A stretch of DNA of 27,763 nt from a virus (Duplodnaviria; Caudoviricetes): IMG/VR virus record IMGVR_UViG_3300022074_000293, positions 1 through 27,763 of that record. One strand, written 5' to 3'. Below the pieces are notes generated by a model. That model made no database searches, was not told the origin of the DNA, and saw nothing but the letters and a program-made list of their open reading frames with translations. Shown here piece after piece: positions 9,863-23,500 of this stretch. Position numbers and translations under genes: made by a program. How positions within the stretch are numbered: position 1 is the first letter of the stretch; each line of letters begins with the position of its first letter.

Positions 9863-11455
9863 TTAGAATTCTAGTATGATTTTAATGTCTTCCTTTTGAC
9901 GAGAGTTTCTAACAATCAATGGTCTGTTATCCAAGTAAACTATTTCTCCTGACCCTTTATTTATCTCAGAATTAGATAGTCCTGAAATAAAGTTAACTCC
10001 CAAGTTAATTAGTTTATTACCAGTAGGATTCGTTGTTATACCAGAAAAGTTCTGAGAAATCGCTCCAGCAAAGAATGATTTTTTACCTTCAATGTTATTC
10101 GCACCAGTTACTGATTCAAATTCATAGATTCTACCAGCAGTTGAAATACCAGCATAATCAGTATGATCGTAAGTTGTTCTATTAAAGTTTAAAGAGCGAT
10201 CTCTAAAATACTTTAATACTTTAGTTTCAGAATCATATGATGCAATAAAACCAGTAGAAACTTTTCCTACATTTGGTGCAACAGTTAATACTTGTTTAAT
10301 TTCTTCACCAACCTCTGGAACTCCAGTTACAGTATCAAACTTAACTGCCTGTAACGAAGAATATGTATTATCAGTATAAGTTACTGATGTTCCCACTTTT
10401 GTAGGGTTTTTTACAACTCCTACTTGTGAAAATTTAGTATCAATTGGAAAATCTTTTGTCGAATCATCAAATCGAGCATAAACGATTACTCTATCAGTCC
10501 CTAATTCAGTATATACATCTGAACCGTGTCCTAAACCTGGTGGTATTATAGGAATAAGTTTTGCACGACCAGTAGATGTGCTAACTCCACTACTTAAAGT
10601 TCCTAAATCAACAATACCGTAACTATAACCTTTACCCCCAGAACTTACAGTAACATCCGTAATTGTACCGTTTACAACATCAACTCTTGCTTTTGCACCA
10701 TCACCGTCACCAATTATATCAACTTCCTGACTTAAACCATTTGCATATCCACTTCCTGCATTCTGTATAAAAACGTGTTTAATTTGATTTTGGTTTACAG
10801 AAGAATCTCCGTTTTCACGAACTGATCTTATTTGAGAGTCTTGGCTGGAACCCCAACTATTTGGGACAGTAATAAATTCAGTTGAGTCAAATTTAATAAT
10901 ATCACTAGGTGAAACAGTGAAAAGATACTTCCAAAGATATCCGTCGCCACTATTTCCTGCTTTGGATGGTTCCAAATCAGTGAAGGTTGGTTCATCTTGG
11001 GAGACATTGCCAAGTGGGCTAGCTCCTGTTGATCCATTATCAATACAAACGTAAACTTTAAAGTCGGAATTAAGTACGTAGTAGTTCGCATCGTATAATC
11101 TATTTGCTTGTGTTAAAGGACTTGGATTTTCTACACTATAATCATCTCTGTAAATTTCATATCTACTTCCTGCTACCCAATCAACTCTTCTTATAATTCT
11201 TCTAATATTTGAGGATGCTATTTTTTTACCAAACATCATTGTATCACCTGTATGCTTACGATAGGAAAAACTATCGGTAGGTGCAGGTGTTGATGAGTTC
11301 CAATTAGATGATCTGCCGTATCCAACTAAAGAACCAGTGCCAGCAGGATTTGGTAATCCAATGAAAACATAGTATGAATTATTCGTGTTTTCTACTGATT
11401 CAACAAAGTTGTTTGCGTTCAGAATTCTAAATTGATCAGTAATAATCGCTGACAT
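9863..11455 (-). CDS. gp8: Baseplate wedge subunit gp8 (530 aa)
   Basis: MSAIITDQFRILNA; RRVDW..G..YEIYRDD; YYVLNSDFKVYVCIDNG; GDGYLWKYLFT; C-terminal SGEIVYLDNRPLIVR..RQKEDIKIILEF. Syntenic after gp7. Confidence 0.92.
   Translation of the reverse strand: MSAIITDQFRILNANNFVESVENTNNSYYVFIGLPNPAGTGSLVGYGRSSNWNSSTPAPTDSFSYRKHTGDTMMFGKKIASSNIRRIIRRVDWVAGSRYEIYRDDYSVENPSPLTQANRLYDANYYVLNSDFKVYVCIDNGSTGASPLGNVSQDEPTFTDLEPSKAGNSGDGYLWKYLFTVSPSDIIKFDSTEFITVPNSWGSSQDSQIRSVRENGDSSVNQNQIKHVFIQNAGSGYANGLSQEVDIIGDGDGAKARVDVVNGTITDVTVSSGGKGYSYGIVDLGTLSSGVSTSTGRAKLIPIIPPGLGHGSDVYTELGTDRVIVYARFDDSTKDFPIDTKFSQVGVVKNPTKVGTSVTYTDNTYSSLQAVKFDTVTGVPEVGEEIKQVLTVAPNVGKVSTGFIASYDSETKVLKYFRDRSLNFNRTTYDHTDYAGISTAGRIYEFESVTGANNIEGKKSFFAGAISQNFSGITTNPTGNKLINLGVNFISGLSNSEINKGSGEIVYLDNRPLIVRNSRQKEDIKIILEF
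10741..10762. repeat. Exact 22-nt direct repeat, copy 1 (in gp8); copy 2 at 12247-12268 (in gp7)
   Basis: ttgcatatccacttcctgcatt occurs at both sites and encodes NAGSGYA in both proteins. Confidence 0.75.
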
Positions 11456-11480
11456 TGTATCTAAACTTTTCTTTTCCTTT

Positions 11481-11488
11481 TATTTATA
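11481..11488 (-). promoter_or_regulatory. T4-type late promoter TATAAATA
   Basis: + strand tatttata at 11481-11488 in the gp7-gp8 gap, 25 nt upstream of the gp8 ATG, followed by purine-rich AAAGGAAAAG. Confidence 0.9.
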
Positions 11489-11500
11489 GAGGTAATGTAA

Positions 11501-14500
11501 TCAAATTCCAAACACTCTGATCGCACCTGAAGATCTTAGACCTCTCAGAGACGCTACAGTATAGTTCTTTCTTTGAATGGTTGGGAAGGTTGCTAAACCA
11601 GAACTGACTGTTAATCCAGTCACTCCGATTGAAATTGGACTACTATTCCTAGATGCATTATATAGTCTACCCCAACTAATTCGACCTAAGTGTGTGGCAA
11701 TACCAGGATTGCTATTATTAAAGTTACCTGTCAATCCAGCTCCTACACCAGTTGTCTGTCCATTTTGAATATTGCAAGTAATTTCACCATTTTCACCAGT
11801 AGAAGTCACTGCATGAACCTTATAGATGTTATCTAAGAAGGTTGATCCGATTGATACTATAGATGAATTATGAGTGTCAACAGATGTAATACCAGTTCCA
11901 ACTGTTGTATCTTTAATAAACACTGGATAACCAACTAATAATGTATTTGCTGTTTTATCTGCTCTGAAGAAGAACTTAAGTGCTGATTGTCCACTTACAG
12001 TAGTTGTACTGATACCAGTAACAATACCAGTAAATCCTTCAACATTATCAATTGATGTAATTTTTTCAGTTTTGAATTCAGGTAAGTCAATAATCACTTG
12101 TGGTGGTGTTAAGTTAGAGTAACCTAAACCAGCATTTGTTATTGATGTTGCTGTCACTGTGCCATTAGTAATTGTAGCAGTTGCTGTCGCTGTAGTACCA
12201 ACTCCAACACCAATTGCAGGTGGTGCACTTATTTTAATTGTTGCACTTGCATATCCACTTCCTGCATTTGTAATATCTAATGATGTTATTGTTCCAGCAG
12301 ATGATACAATTGCTGTTGCGGATGCACCAACATTAATTTCACCAGAAGTAACAAGAGCATCAACGGTACTATAGTCTAAGTTATAATCACCATCAGACTC
12401 ATCAGGATTACTTGCACTTAAATGATCACCCTTTTCATAGAAGAATACTTCTGCATCATCCACGAATATTCCATTAGTACTACCTTCACCAGATGATGTT
12501 GTAAAATTACCAATAATCTTAGAAGTTGGATAAACTTGTGGTTCAAGTATTTCTCTTGATTTATCAATTTTCTTTCCACCTAATACGATATCAACTTTTT
12601 GTTTAGTCCATCTCATTGGTTTATTATTAGTTGCATCAATACCTGCACCAGTGTAAATATCAGTCTCAACAAGTTTTGCACCAAGTAACTCTTTGATAGT
12701 TCTTTCTGCCTGTTGCGAAGTTGTAAATCCTACAGGGTGTTTAAATAATCTAACTTCATCACCAATCTTAACTGTCTGCTGAATATCTGCAGTATCTACA
12801 TCAACTCCATCTTGTCCCTTATAGAAGAATATATCAACTTGTGCTTCTGGTCTTGGTGCTTCTTCAAACTCAAATGTAGTGCCACCCTCAAAGGTATACG
12901 CAGAACCTGGTACTTGTAAAACACCATTTACAAATATAAGAAGAACTGCATTTAAATCAATTAACTGTGAAGTTGCATTATTTAAATCTTTTTCAAAACT
13001 TAGTAATTGACCGTTAAAGAATAGTGGGAATCTAGTTCTTGAACCATCTTGCAAGTTTTTAATAGTATCAATAAAGTCAATTTCACCAAACTGCCAAGAA
13101 GAGAATTTATCTTGGAAAATTTGAGTAACCTCTAATTCAAATTCTTGTATTGGTGCAGATAAATGAGCAGCAGTTACTAATCCAACTGGTTTGAACTTAT
13201 CACCAACTTTAAATGAATGGCCAGGTCTTGCGATTGAAAACTCTGATATTTCAAATGTTGTCGATCCAATACCTACTGTTGTTTTTGATGCACCAACTTT
13301 AACATCAACTAATAGATTAGAACCAGTATCAGTTGTTAATCCAAATCCTGCTCTTGAAATACCAATTACTGGTAAGTTATCATAGTTTGGTTCAGGTATA
13401 ATAATTTCAGGATTTACATAACTTGTACCAGCAGAAACAATATTAAATGCAAGTGTACCACCAACACCAACTGTTGCGGTCACAACTGCACCTGTACCAC
13501 CGCCACCACCTTGACCAACATTTAATGTAATTGTATTAGTTGTAGTTGCAATAATCGCAGTTTGAATACCAGCGATAGGATCTGAATTAGGGAAACTTGT
13601 TTTAGATACTGAACGAGGATATGGATGGTCAGAGAAGAAGTTATCTTTTGAACACTTGAATACTAATCCACCAGTATCAATACCAACTGTATCACTTGTG
13701 GATAATCCATGACTTGAAATTGTAAGTACCAGAGTTCCTGTATGAGAGGTATAAACTGCATTTGTTGCAGTAAACGCATTACCAGCAAAGTTTGATTGTC
13801 TTATTGAACCTACACCAGCACTTACAAATCTATGCACATATGCTTGGTCTGTAACTCCAATTGCAACAGAACCACCACGATATCCTGAACCAAATGTAAG
13901 ATCTTCAAAGAATTCAAACGCATTACCACCGCCTGTATAAGTGTGTGTTTGAGTGTGAACTCCTGCACGAACTTCAAATGTTCTATCAGATACTATACCA
14001 ACAACAAATAAAGATCTATCGTGATTTGTAAATATTGTTGTTCCTGAACCCACATTAAAGTTTAAATCTTTAAGTTTGACCATATTTGGTCTTTCCAAGG
14101 CAAATCCGTGAACTTTATTTGTGGTAACTGTAATGATGCCTGTAATATTATCATATGCAGCAGTTTGTATTCCAAGATTAAATCCTGAAGATGTTGCAGT
14201 GCCTACAACGCTTGTTAATCCACCAGCAGCATTTTTAAATGCTTTAACTTTCGCACCTTGCAATGGAGCATATCCTGTACCTGGTGTAGAACCTAGTGAA
14301 ACGATTAATCCACCTCTTGGAACTTGGTTTTGATTAATATCAAATTCGGATACGATAAAATCACCATTCGTAGATGTTATACCACTGAACTCTACAGTTG
14401 ATATACCAGCAGTTGTATCTGATATAAATTCATAATTACTACCAGTGTTATTAACAGTTTTAGGAGTTTGGAATACACCATTGATGAATAATACACCATT

Positions 14501-17500
14501 TCCTATTCCAATACCTGAAGAAGTGTTTGCCCCACCTACAGTCAATGAATATGTTTTACCAATACCAGTAAAGTTATCAGATATATCATCAAACAACATA
14601 TTAGTTGTATAGTTACTTCTTAAGAATGTTCGACCACTAAAGTTTGCTCTTACGAACGGTAAATTAGTTTCATCTCTTCTTGATCTATTATTTCCTTTTG
14701 GTGGGTCAGAGAAGAATACTTTACTATCAACTATATTAAATGCACCTCTGTGAACTCTCGCAGTTGCATTTGCTGCGTGTGAAGTTGCTGTAATACCTAA
14801 TTGTGCTCTTTCAACTTTAACAACTGGTAGAGTCGCAATACCAAGTGCTACATCAGTTGAATCATTAATAACTCCACTAGCGATACTAGAGAATCCAACT
14901 TCAGTAACTTTTACATATTCATCATCAATTTTAAGAAAATCTCTTGGTGCAACAGAACCAATTCCACTTAATACAAATTGAGATAATCCAATACCTATAT
15001 TTGAATCCAATGTATGTGTGATTGAAGTAAATGTAACTGGTTGTTGAACAACACCGTCTAAACCAATGATTGTTTTGGTTAATGGTTTTCTCATTGTTAA
15101 TCTATGAGCATTACCTGCACCAATACCTGTAAATGTTACTGCATTACCAGATGAAACATATTCAGGTCTTGTATATAATTCAAATCTATTTTCATCAAGA
15201 ACTTTAGCATAAACTGTGCTTGGTAATAATGTTGTCACTACTCCAGCAACATTTGCAGTAGAACCAATTGATATTGCTGTACCTGCGATTCCTATGAATG
15301 TTGAATCTGGTGTATATGTTAATTCTTCATTTGTATTAAAGAAGTGACTATTAATATTGATTGTACTTGTTGTTGTACTAATTGTTCCAGATGGATTAAA
15401 TGTTTTAGAATAAATTGGAACTTCATTATGCTTCAATACAAAATCTTTTTTGTTAGCTCTAAGTCCAGCAGCACCGTCATATGTTGATAAGAACACTCTC
15501 TGGTCAACTGTACCATAAGTCAAATCAGGAGGTGTATTTTCAAAATCACTTGCTGTGTATAATATTTGATTATATGATTGAACTTCTATTAGAGATTGGA
15601 ACTCTGCATCGGGATAAAATCTTAGGTTAATATTATCACCACTAATTTCACCACCAAATGTTCCAATACCTGTTGTTGATCCTGCAGATACAAATGGATA
15701 TTGAACAGTTAAAATATCATCAGCATCACGAATCGATACAACTTGATGAACTGCTGATGTTTCACCACAAGAAACTCTAACTAATGATTTAACACTACTA
15801 TCAATCAACTTGTTTAGTGTTGCATATGTCATTGTACTTGCAGTTCCAGTAACATATCCAGACTCTAATCTGGCACTTCTTTCTGCACCAGCAGGTTGTC
15901 CAGAAACTGAGAACCTGTAAGTTCCAATTCCAGTAGTTGTTGTTCCTAATCCTACAATATTTGCTCTTACATCAAGAGTATTAACTCTATCATTCTCACA
16001 CTGTAACTTAATTAAATCATTTTCAAATCTTGCAGTAATTACACCAACAGCACTATTGCTTAATCCAGATTGTGTATCGACATATGTTTCGGCAATAGTT
16101 GTGTCAACACCATCAAAATCAACAATAACTTCATTGTAATTAATTTCTTTAGTTACACTATCTTGAACAAAGATGGTTGCATATAATGAATTGAAATCTG
16201 TTTTAGGGAATTGTGCAATAGTTGTAGTTGTAAATCCGATAGTTGTACTACCAATACCAGCGTTTACACCTGTTAAATCAACACTTCCAATACCATTTGT
16301 ACCAATACCTGTTAAATCTGTATTAAAATCAATCTTAAGGAGTTTTATGTCATGATCCTTAAGGAATACCTCTGTTGGTGTGAATAAAAGATTCTTAGTT
16401 CCTGTTGCTAGAATTTCAGTATCAAAATTTCCTAACTTCACTGTTGTAAAATCAGTTGTTTTTTCAAGAATAAATGCATTACTTTCAGTTGTCAAAGTAA
16501 CTAATTCTGTAAACTGAGTATCAAAAGTATCAGGATCAACGATTTGTACAAGATAATTTGCAAAATCTTCAACTAATGGTTCAATAACAGTATTAGTGCT
16601 TTCAAATCCTTCACTAGAGAAGTTTTCACTTATATCATCATGTAATAAAACTCTATTTGTTTTACATCTTGTAAAGTCAGTTAATGTTCTATTTTGGAAT
16701 GTTAAGAACTTAGATCCGTTAACTCTTGTATCATAATCTCTTGCAAAGTCAAAGTTATTAATTGCATCTACTCTTTGTTTATCGTTAAGTTCAAGAACAT
16801 TGCCAACATCTAATACAACTGTTTGATTTGATTCACGAACAGTACCAAATCCAACTGCAAGATTTGATGTAATTGCAGTATCAGCAAAATTCTTAAGACC
16901 AGATGGATGAACTAAACGATTTACTGGGTTTACAAATTTTTCCCATTCAATTGAACTCTTAACTGTGTAAGATAAGTTTTGATAGTAATCGTTGTCAGGT
17001 ATGACTTGATAATCTTCATTTAACTTACCAATATCATCTAACCAACCATAATCTTGTCTATTTGAAAAATCAGTAGTAAACTTGGCTTGATTATCTACAA
17101 TACTTGTTATTTCTGCAGATACGTTACTCAATTCACCTTTAATTCTGTCACCTTTTTTAATTTTATACTTACCATCAATCTTAATATAATCATTTCTTAC
17201 TTCAATAACTGTTAAGTCGGTAATGACGTTACCAACAATTAAAGTTTCTTTTAATTCAAATACACCTCTTGATTGAACTGGTTCAATAACAGGATATTTC
17301 TTCTTATTAATTAAAGTAGCATAACCAGATTGGAAAGTCTTAGCAATACCAGGATTTGTTGTAACACCTGCTGTACTAAACTTCAATATACATTGTGTAC
17401 CAGTAATGTAATCATCAACATTAAAGAACTGGTAGTTATAATTATCTGAGTTATATCCACTTCCTTCAATTGTTGTATTGGTAGATATTCCCCCTTGTGT

Positions 17501-20500
17501 AGCACCAATTCCCGCTTCACCTACTCTTTGTATACCTTCAACATAAACTTGGTCTCCAATCGCAAATGGTTGAGTATCAAATCCATTGATTGGAGTTTCA
17601 ATGAAACAAGTTACAACTCCTGAATTACTAATTTGAACCGAGTTAATTCCAACACCATTAGAGTTATTGATTGAAATTATCTTATGAACCACTGAATCTA
17701 ACCCAGTAACAGGTGATAATACATCAACTCTAGATATTGTTTGGTTAGGTGTGAAAGGTTGCAGTGAGAGAGTATCAACAACAGTATTTGAAACTGGGTT
17801 GAATACAATTAAATTAGGTGTGCTCATATAGTCAGCACCACCACTTACAATATTAACAGAATCAATAATATCAAGATTATCAATATTAACAACAGGTGAT
17901 ATAAACGCTTCTGGACTTAAAGTTTTGTCTGAAGAATATTCATAACCAATATCAACTATTCTTATTTTTTTAATTCTTCCAATATTATTTGAAGATGCAA
18001 TTATGTTTGCATCAGTTCCATTTGTACTTGTGACTGATTTAAATTGTGGTAATTTCTTATAGTTAAATCCTGGTGATATGATATTTAAATTTTTGATTGC
18101 ACCGTGAACCGCAGTTGATTTTGTGGAGTACTCAAGTTTCTCACAGTCATTAGAATTATAACTTAAAAACTCAGGAATTTTTGGTGAAATATCAAAAGTA
18201 TCTGCAGTAACGTTGGATATCTTATATTCTCCATTATACTTACTATCAATAAATCTAATTTCAGAATAATTAGATACTTCAGTATCAGCAGTGCTTATGA
18301 AACCACCTTTAGTTAATCCATAATATAATCTACCTGGTGAAGATGCAGAATATTGTACAGTTAAAGCAGCACCTATAGGATCAGTATTATTTGTTCCTAT
18401 ACCAATTGTTCCACCAACACCAACATTAAAAGTGCTTGAATCTTGTGAACTTAAGTATTCATTTGTAAGTTCTTTATCATAGAATAATTTGAAATCAAAG
18501 TTTAATAAAGTAGAACTTGTTAAACCAAAGTTTAATTTAGAATTTTTAACTACGTCAATTCTTGGATTTATTGGTGCGATAGATTGATTATCTCCACCAG
18601 TATTTGCTGTAATATTTACAGTCCTTACTGGATTTGAATTGATATCTAGAATTGTTTCGGAAAGTTGGAATCTTCTACTACTTACCCTGTTAACGAAATA
18701 TGTCCCTGTACTTAATCCAGTTGCACCTCCATCATAAAATACTTTATCACCAGTTTCAAATCCATGATCTACCAAATCGATTTGATTTGTTTCTACATCA
18801 GAAGCAGTGAATAATATTGGATTAACAAGTAATTTTTCAAATGCCTCATTATAATTTACAGATACAGGTGTTGTATTACCAATTCCAACATTAAGATTAG
18901 GTACTACATTGAGTTTAATAGTATCTCCTTCAACAAGATTGTGTGTTGTAGTATTTGCTGCTGCTACATTTGTTGATACTGTGGTAATAATTTTATCAAT
19001 AGTACCTGTTACTTGTTCTTTACTACTCTGGAAGAAGTATAGTCCTGAAGAAATACCAGTTAATGAACCTTTACTGTAGAAATATAATCCTTCACTTGTA
19101 CTACCAATACCAACTCTAGTAGTAACTAAACCAATATTATCATCCCCTTTGTCAATTACATACACTTCAGTCGAATTAGCACCAATAAATGGGAGTTTAA
19201 ATTCAGTGACTAATGGTGTGCGTCCTACATCAAAACGATTTGCACCATTTCTTTTGTTTAATGTTAGTTTTTGACCTGTTTTAAATGGATGATTTGGTAT
19301 ATGAATTGCTCTAGTAGGTATAGGTGTCCTCTCTACGATATCTCCTACAACTCTATCAACACTTATAGCACCACCAGATGTAGTTCCAACTCCAACAGAT
19401 TGAGGAGCATTGAAGTATATAATATCATTTGTTTCAGAATCAAATTTCTTTGTTTGAACTGGAATACTAATTTGATTATTTAATATATCAATATTTGATC
19501 CAAGAGTATGTGCAATACCAGTATGTCTTTGTACTCTGATTACTTTTCTTAATGGATATACATTTAAAACTCTTAATAATTCAATATCACTAGCATTGCT
19601 TACATTACCTGAACCAACTCTTAATGAACCACCAATAGAAACTGAATTTGGAATTTGCGTAACAAATATATCTTGAATCAAACCACCAGCAGAACCAATA
19701 GTCATTGCCTTTGCAAGTCCAATTCGATTAGTTGTCACACCAATATTAAATGAATCAGTTAGATTAACTATTGAACTACTCAATCCAGATATAGAAACTG
19801 CATCTTTATCATTTAATTCAATGAATGGTAAGTAATTTGCTACAACTTCAGTACCGCTTTTCCATTCAAATACTGCATTTTCAAAACTTGTAAGAGTTGT
19901 ATTAATATTAGTAATTCCAATACCAACTATTTCATCAACTTCAGCACGGAATCCTGAACCATTAGTACCAGTATCATCAAAATCTGTAAGATCACCAACT
20001 TTATATCCATCACCACCGTTAAGTATTGTTATTGCATCAACACCACCTTCAGTTACAGCCTCTATTTTTGAAATTTGTCTTATTTGTTCATAGGATTCAA
20101 TTACGAAATCATTTCCAGCAGATTCTTCATCTACATTATAGGGTAGTGTATTTCTCCTTAATCCTGAATTATTAAAATCAAAATCCTGATTTAATATTTG
20201 ATTTTCTGCAATTAAAGGTGAACGATATGTATTACCAATAAAGTATGGGTATTGTCCTTCTAATTTATTTGTACCAGTTCCTAAACCGACAGTAGAGAAG
20301 TATGCATAAACTCCGTTTGGAAATTCTGGTGTTTTTCCAAATCTTCCATTATGAATATCTAAATCTCCTGTTCCATTATAAACGTGATCTTCAACAAAAA
20401 ATCCTGCAGAATAACCTGGTGGACGATTTGTAACTCTATTAATATCAGTTACATATGATGGTGTAATAATTTTTAAATTGGAGTTAATATTATCTGCATC

Positions 20501-23500
20501 TGAATATCCAAAAGGACCATATATTGGATTTCCATCATATGCCCATCCAACAATTGGAGAGTGACCTATGATTTGATTAAATTCACCACTACCAGTAACA
20601 GTAAATGTATTCTCAAAATTATTTGCAATATCTTGAGAATAACCTAATATACTGAATCTTAAAGTATCTTCTTTTGTAGATAAGAATGAATCACCAAATC
20701 TATGTGTATTGTTTAATGTTAAACTTCTAACTCTTGCAGCGTATACTCCATTATCACCTCTAGAAAACGCTCTAATCTCTGTTGCAACGCTACTATAACC
20801 AATACCAGTATTAGTGACAATTGCGTCTATTACTTGACCATTATCAATGACTGGACGAACCACAGCACCTGCTCCAGTACCTGTTGATATTACTTTAACT
20901 TCAGGACTAGAATAATATTCTCTACCTCTGTTTACAACTGCTACATCAATAATCTTACCATTTACTATAATTGGTTTAAATTCTGCATACTTACCATTTT
21001 CAATAGTAACTTTAGGTATGACTTCTTTATCAAGAGTTGTGGAACCATAGTTTGTTCCCTGCTCATAAAGATATCCACCAATTAATTCACCCGTTACGAC
21101 AGGAGTAATTGTAATATCACCTGTAATTGTTGATCCATAAGAAACATCAACATTGACTTTAATTTGAGGATAATTAAATATTTGAAATCCTTCACCTGAA
21201 GATGTAAAGTCAGCATATTTACCTCTATTATAATTAACTATCGAAGTTCCACCTACACCAGCATCTGCTAGTTGGAATGTATTGTCAGTTAATTTTTTAA
21301 TATAATATGATGATGTTGTAGTTAATCCTTGTATTGCTGTTGTTTCTGCAGAATATTCTACAATTTCACCACTATTAAATCCATGATCCTTAAAAGTAAC
21401 AACGTTTAAAGATGTTGAAATACCAGTGGGTTTAACTCTTAACTTACGATGAGTATATCCAGAGCCCTCTTCTAAAACTTTGACTGCGACTAAAGTATTT
21501 CTACTTTCTGTTCTAAATTTATGAACACCACTTGCTGCTGTATCAGTTGATAATCCTACAGTGTTTATACCTGCAGTTCCAAATAATGCATCATTTTTAC
21601 TATTGAATAATCTAACTGTAGATGGATTAACTATTCTTACAAAATATGGAGCACCATCAGATAGAGTGCCAGCAACTATGTTTGCAGGATCATAAGCAGT
21701 TCCAATACCAATTGGAGCATTACCATTTGAACCATAGTAAACCAATTGACCATTATCTAAACTATGAACTGTTTTAAATGTTATAGTTTCATTTGCAATA
21801 TCTACACCACCATTGAAGAATACATCCCTACTATCAAACTGCAATTCTCTATTTCGAGTTCCTAAAATTGGTTGTAATAAACAACCAGTTCCATTACCAC
21901 CAGTAAGTGAAATACTTGTAACTGCATCGATATCAAATTCTTGAGGATCAACAAATACTTCTTTGACTGTACCTTGTATGATTGGTTCAACAGCAGCACC
22001 AACTCCTGTGCTTGTTTCAATACCAACGATTGGTGGATTAACAACATCATATCCACTTCCACCGTTTAATAAATCAATAGATTCTAAAGGACCATAATAT
22101 ATCTGATTATCTGAAATAGGTGAACGAACCTGAACACCATTTATTAATATACCAATATCATTTGTAGGTATATCTTGATTTGAACTAACAAATAAGTTTT
22201 GAGATAGAGGAATCTTTCTTAATATTTTATCTGCCTCTAACGTTCTGCTTTTATGCTTTTCTAATACAAATCTATGAACATCACTTGTAGATGTAGTAGG
22301 ACCAACTTGAACAGTACTTGCAGATCCAATTTGTGCTAGAGAGTTAAATATTCTAATCTTTGTAATATCTTGACCTGGTTGAGGTATAACAGGATCTACA
22401 AAATATGTTCTGCCTGTATCCAATCCAACTAGTACTTCACCCTCTGGTAGATAAGTAACAGCATCACCTTGAATAAATTTTATATTTCTACCAATATTAA
22501 AGTTAATAAAACTATATCGATCATTCAAAGGATTAAAACCATCTAATCCAGCAGCAGTTCCACCTGTAAGATTCTCTTCTATTATATTTGTTGTTATGTC
22601 ATAACTCGGTAAAGAGTTTGATGCAACATAACCATCAACATTTCCATCAGTGTAAACACTTAAAGTATCTGCAATAATACTATCATTACCTTGAGTAAGA
22701 GTTACACCAGAGCTCGATGCCTTTTCAACTTTTCTACGAATATCATATAATTGATTTGCATCTTGAGTAAATCCAGCAATGTTTGATACTGTTATCTGAT
22801 TTAATCCAGTATTAATACTGGCAACTGTACCACTACCAGCAATAACTTGTTGATTTCTTTTTAAGATATCAAATCTATCACCAACTTTAAGAGATGATTT
22901 ATCAATTGGAGTTTTTAAGGTGAAGGTTGAACCACCAACTGGTATATCAACTTGAAATCTTGAACTTGTATTATAGATCCAAGAATTAGCAAATATCTGT
23001 TTATAATTTTTACTATCATTCTCAATTTTTTCACCAATATTTTTAACAAAGAAGTTTTCACCTTCATTAATCAAACTTATATCCGTAATTGGAACTAATT
23101 CAGATAATACACCTGTAATTCTTAAATCAATTCTCTTTGATAAATCACCATTCTCATATCCAAAGATTGTTTCATCTGCTCTAATATTATCTGCAGTACC
23201 TAGACCAACACCTACTCCACTACATCCAAAGAATTGGTTTATTGATTTTGAGGTATAATTAATTGAAGAATTTGCACCGCTGATAACAGTTCCAGTAGTA
23301 CCAAACCCTACAGTTGAATCTACATTGATAATTGAAGAACCAGCAGATACTTGATCTAGAATTTTTGTATTACCAGGAACAGTAAATACACCCTCTATTA
23401 AGTCACGATCACTAAACCCAACAAATAATGCAATTTTATAATAATTTCTTCCATCTCTCTTAATTATTTCAACTTCTGATACTGAAGCACTTGTTGAAGT

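Noticed and set aside
4992-22062. Alternative-frame minus-strand ORFs at 4992-5228, 10828-11091 and 21862-22062
   Set aside because: Nested out of frame in VrlC-like, gp8 and gp7. The L/Q-rich composition is typical of frame-shifted translation of AT-rich genes, and there is no supporting signal.
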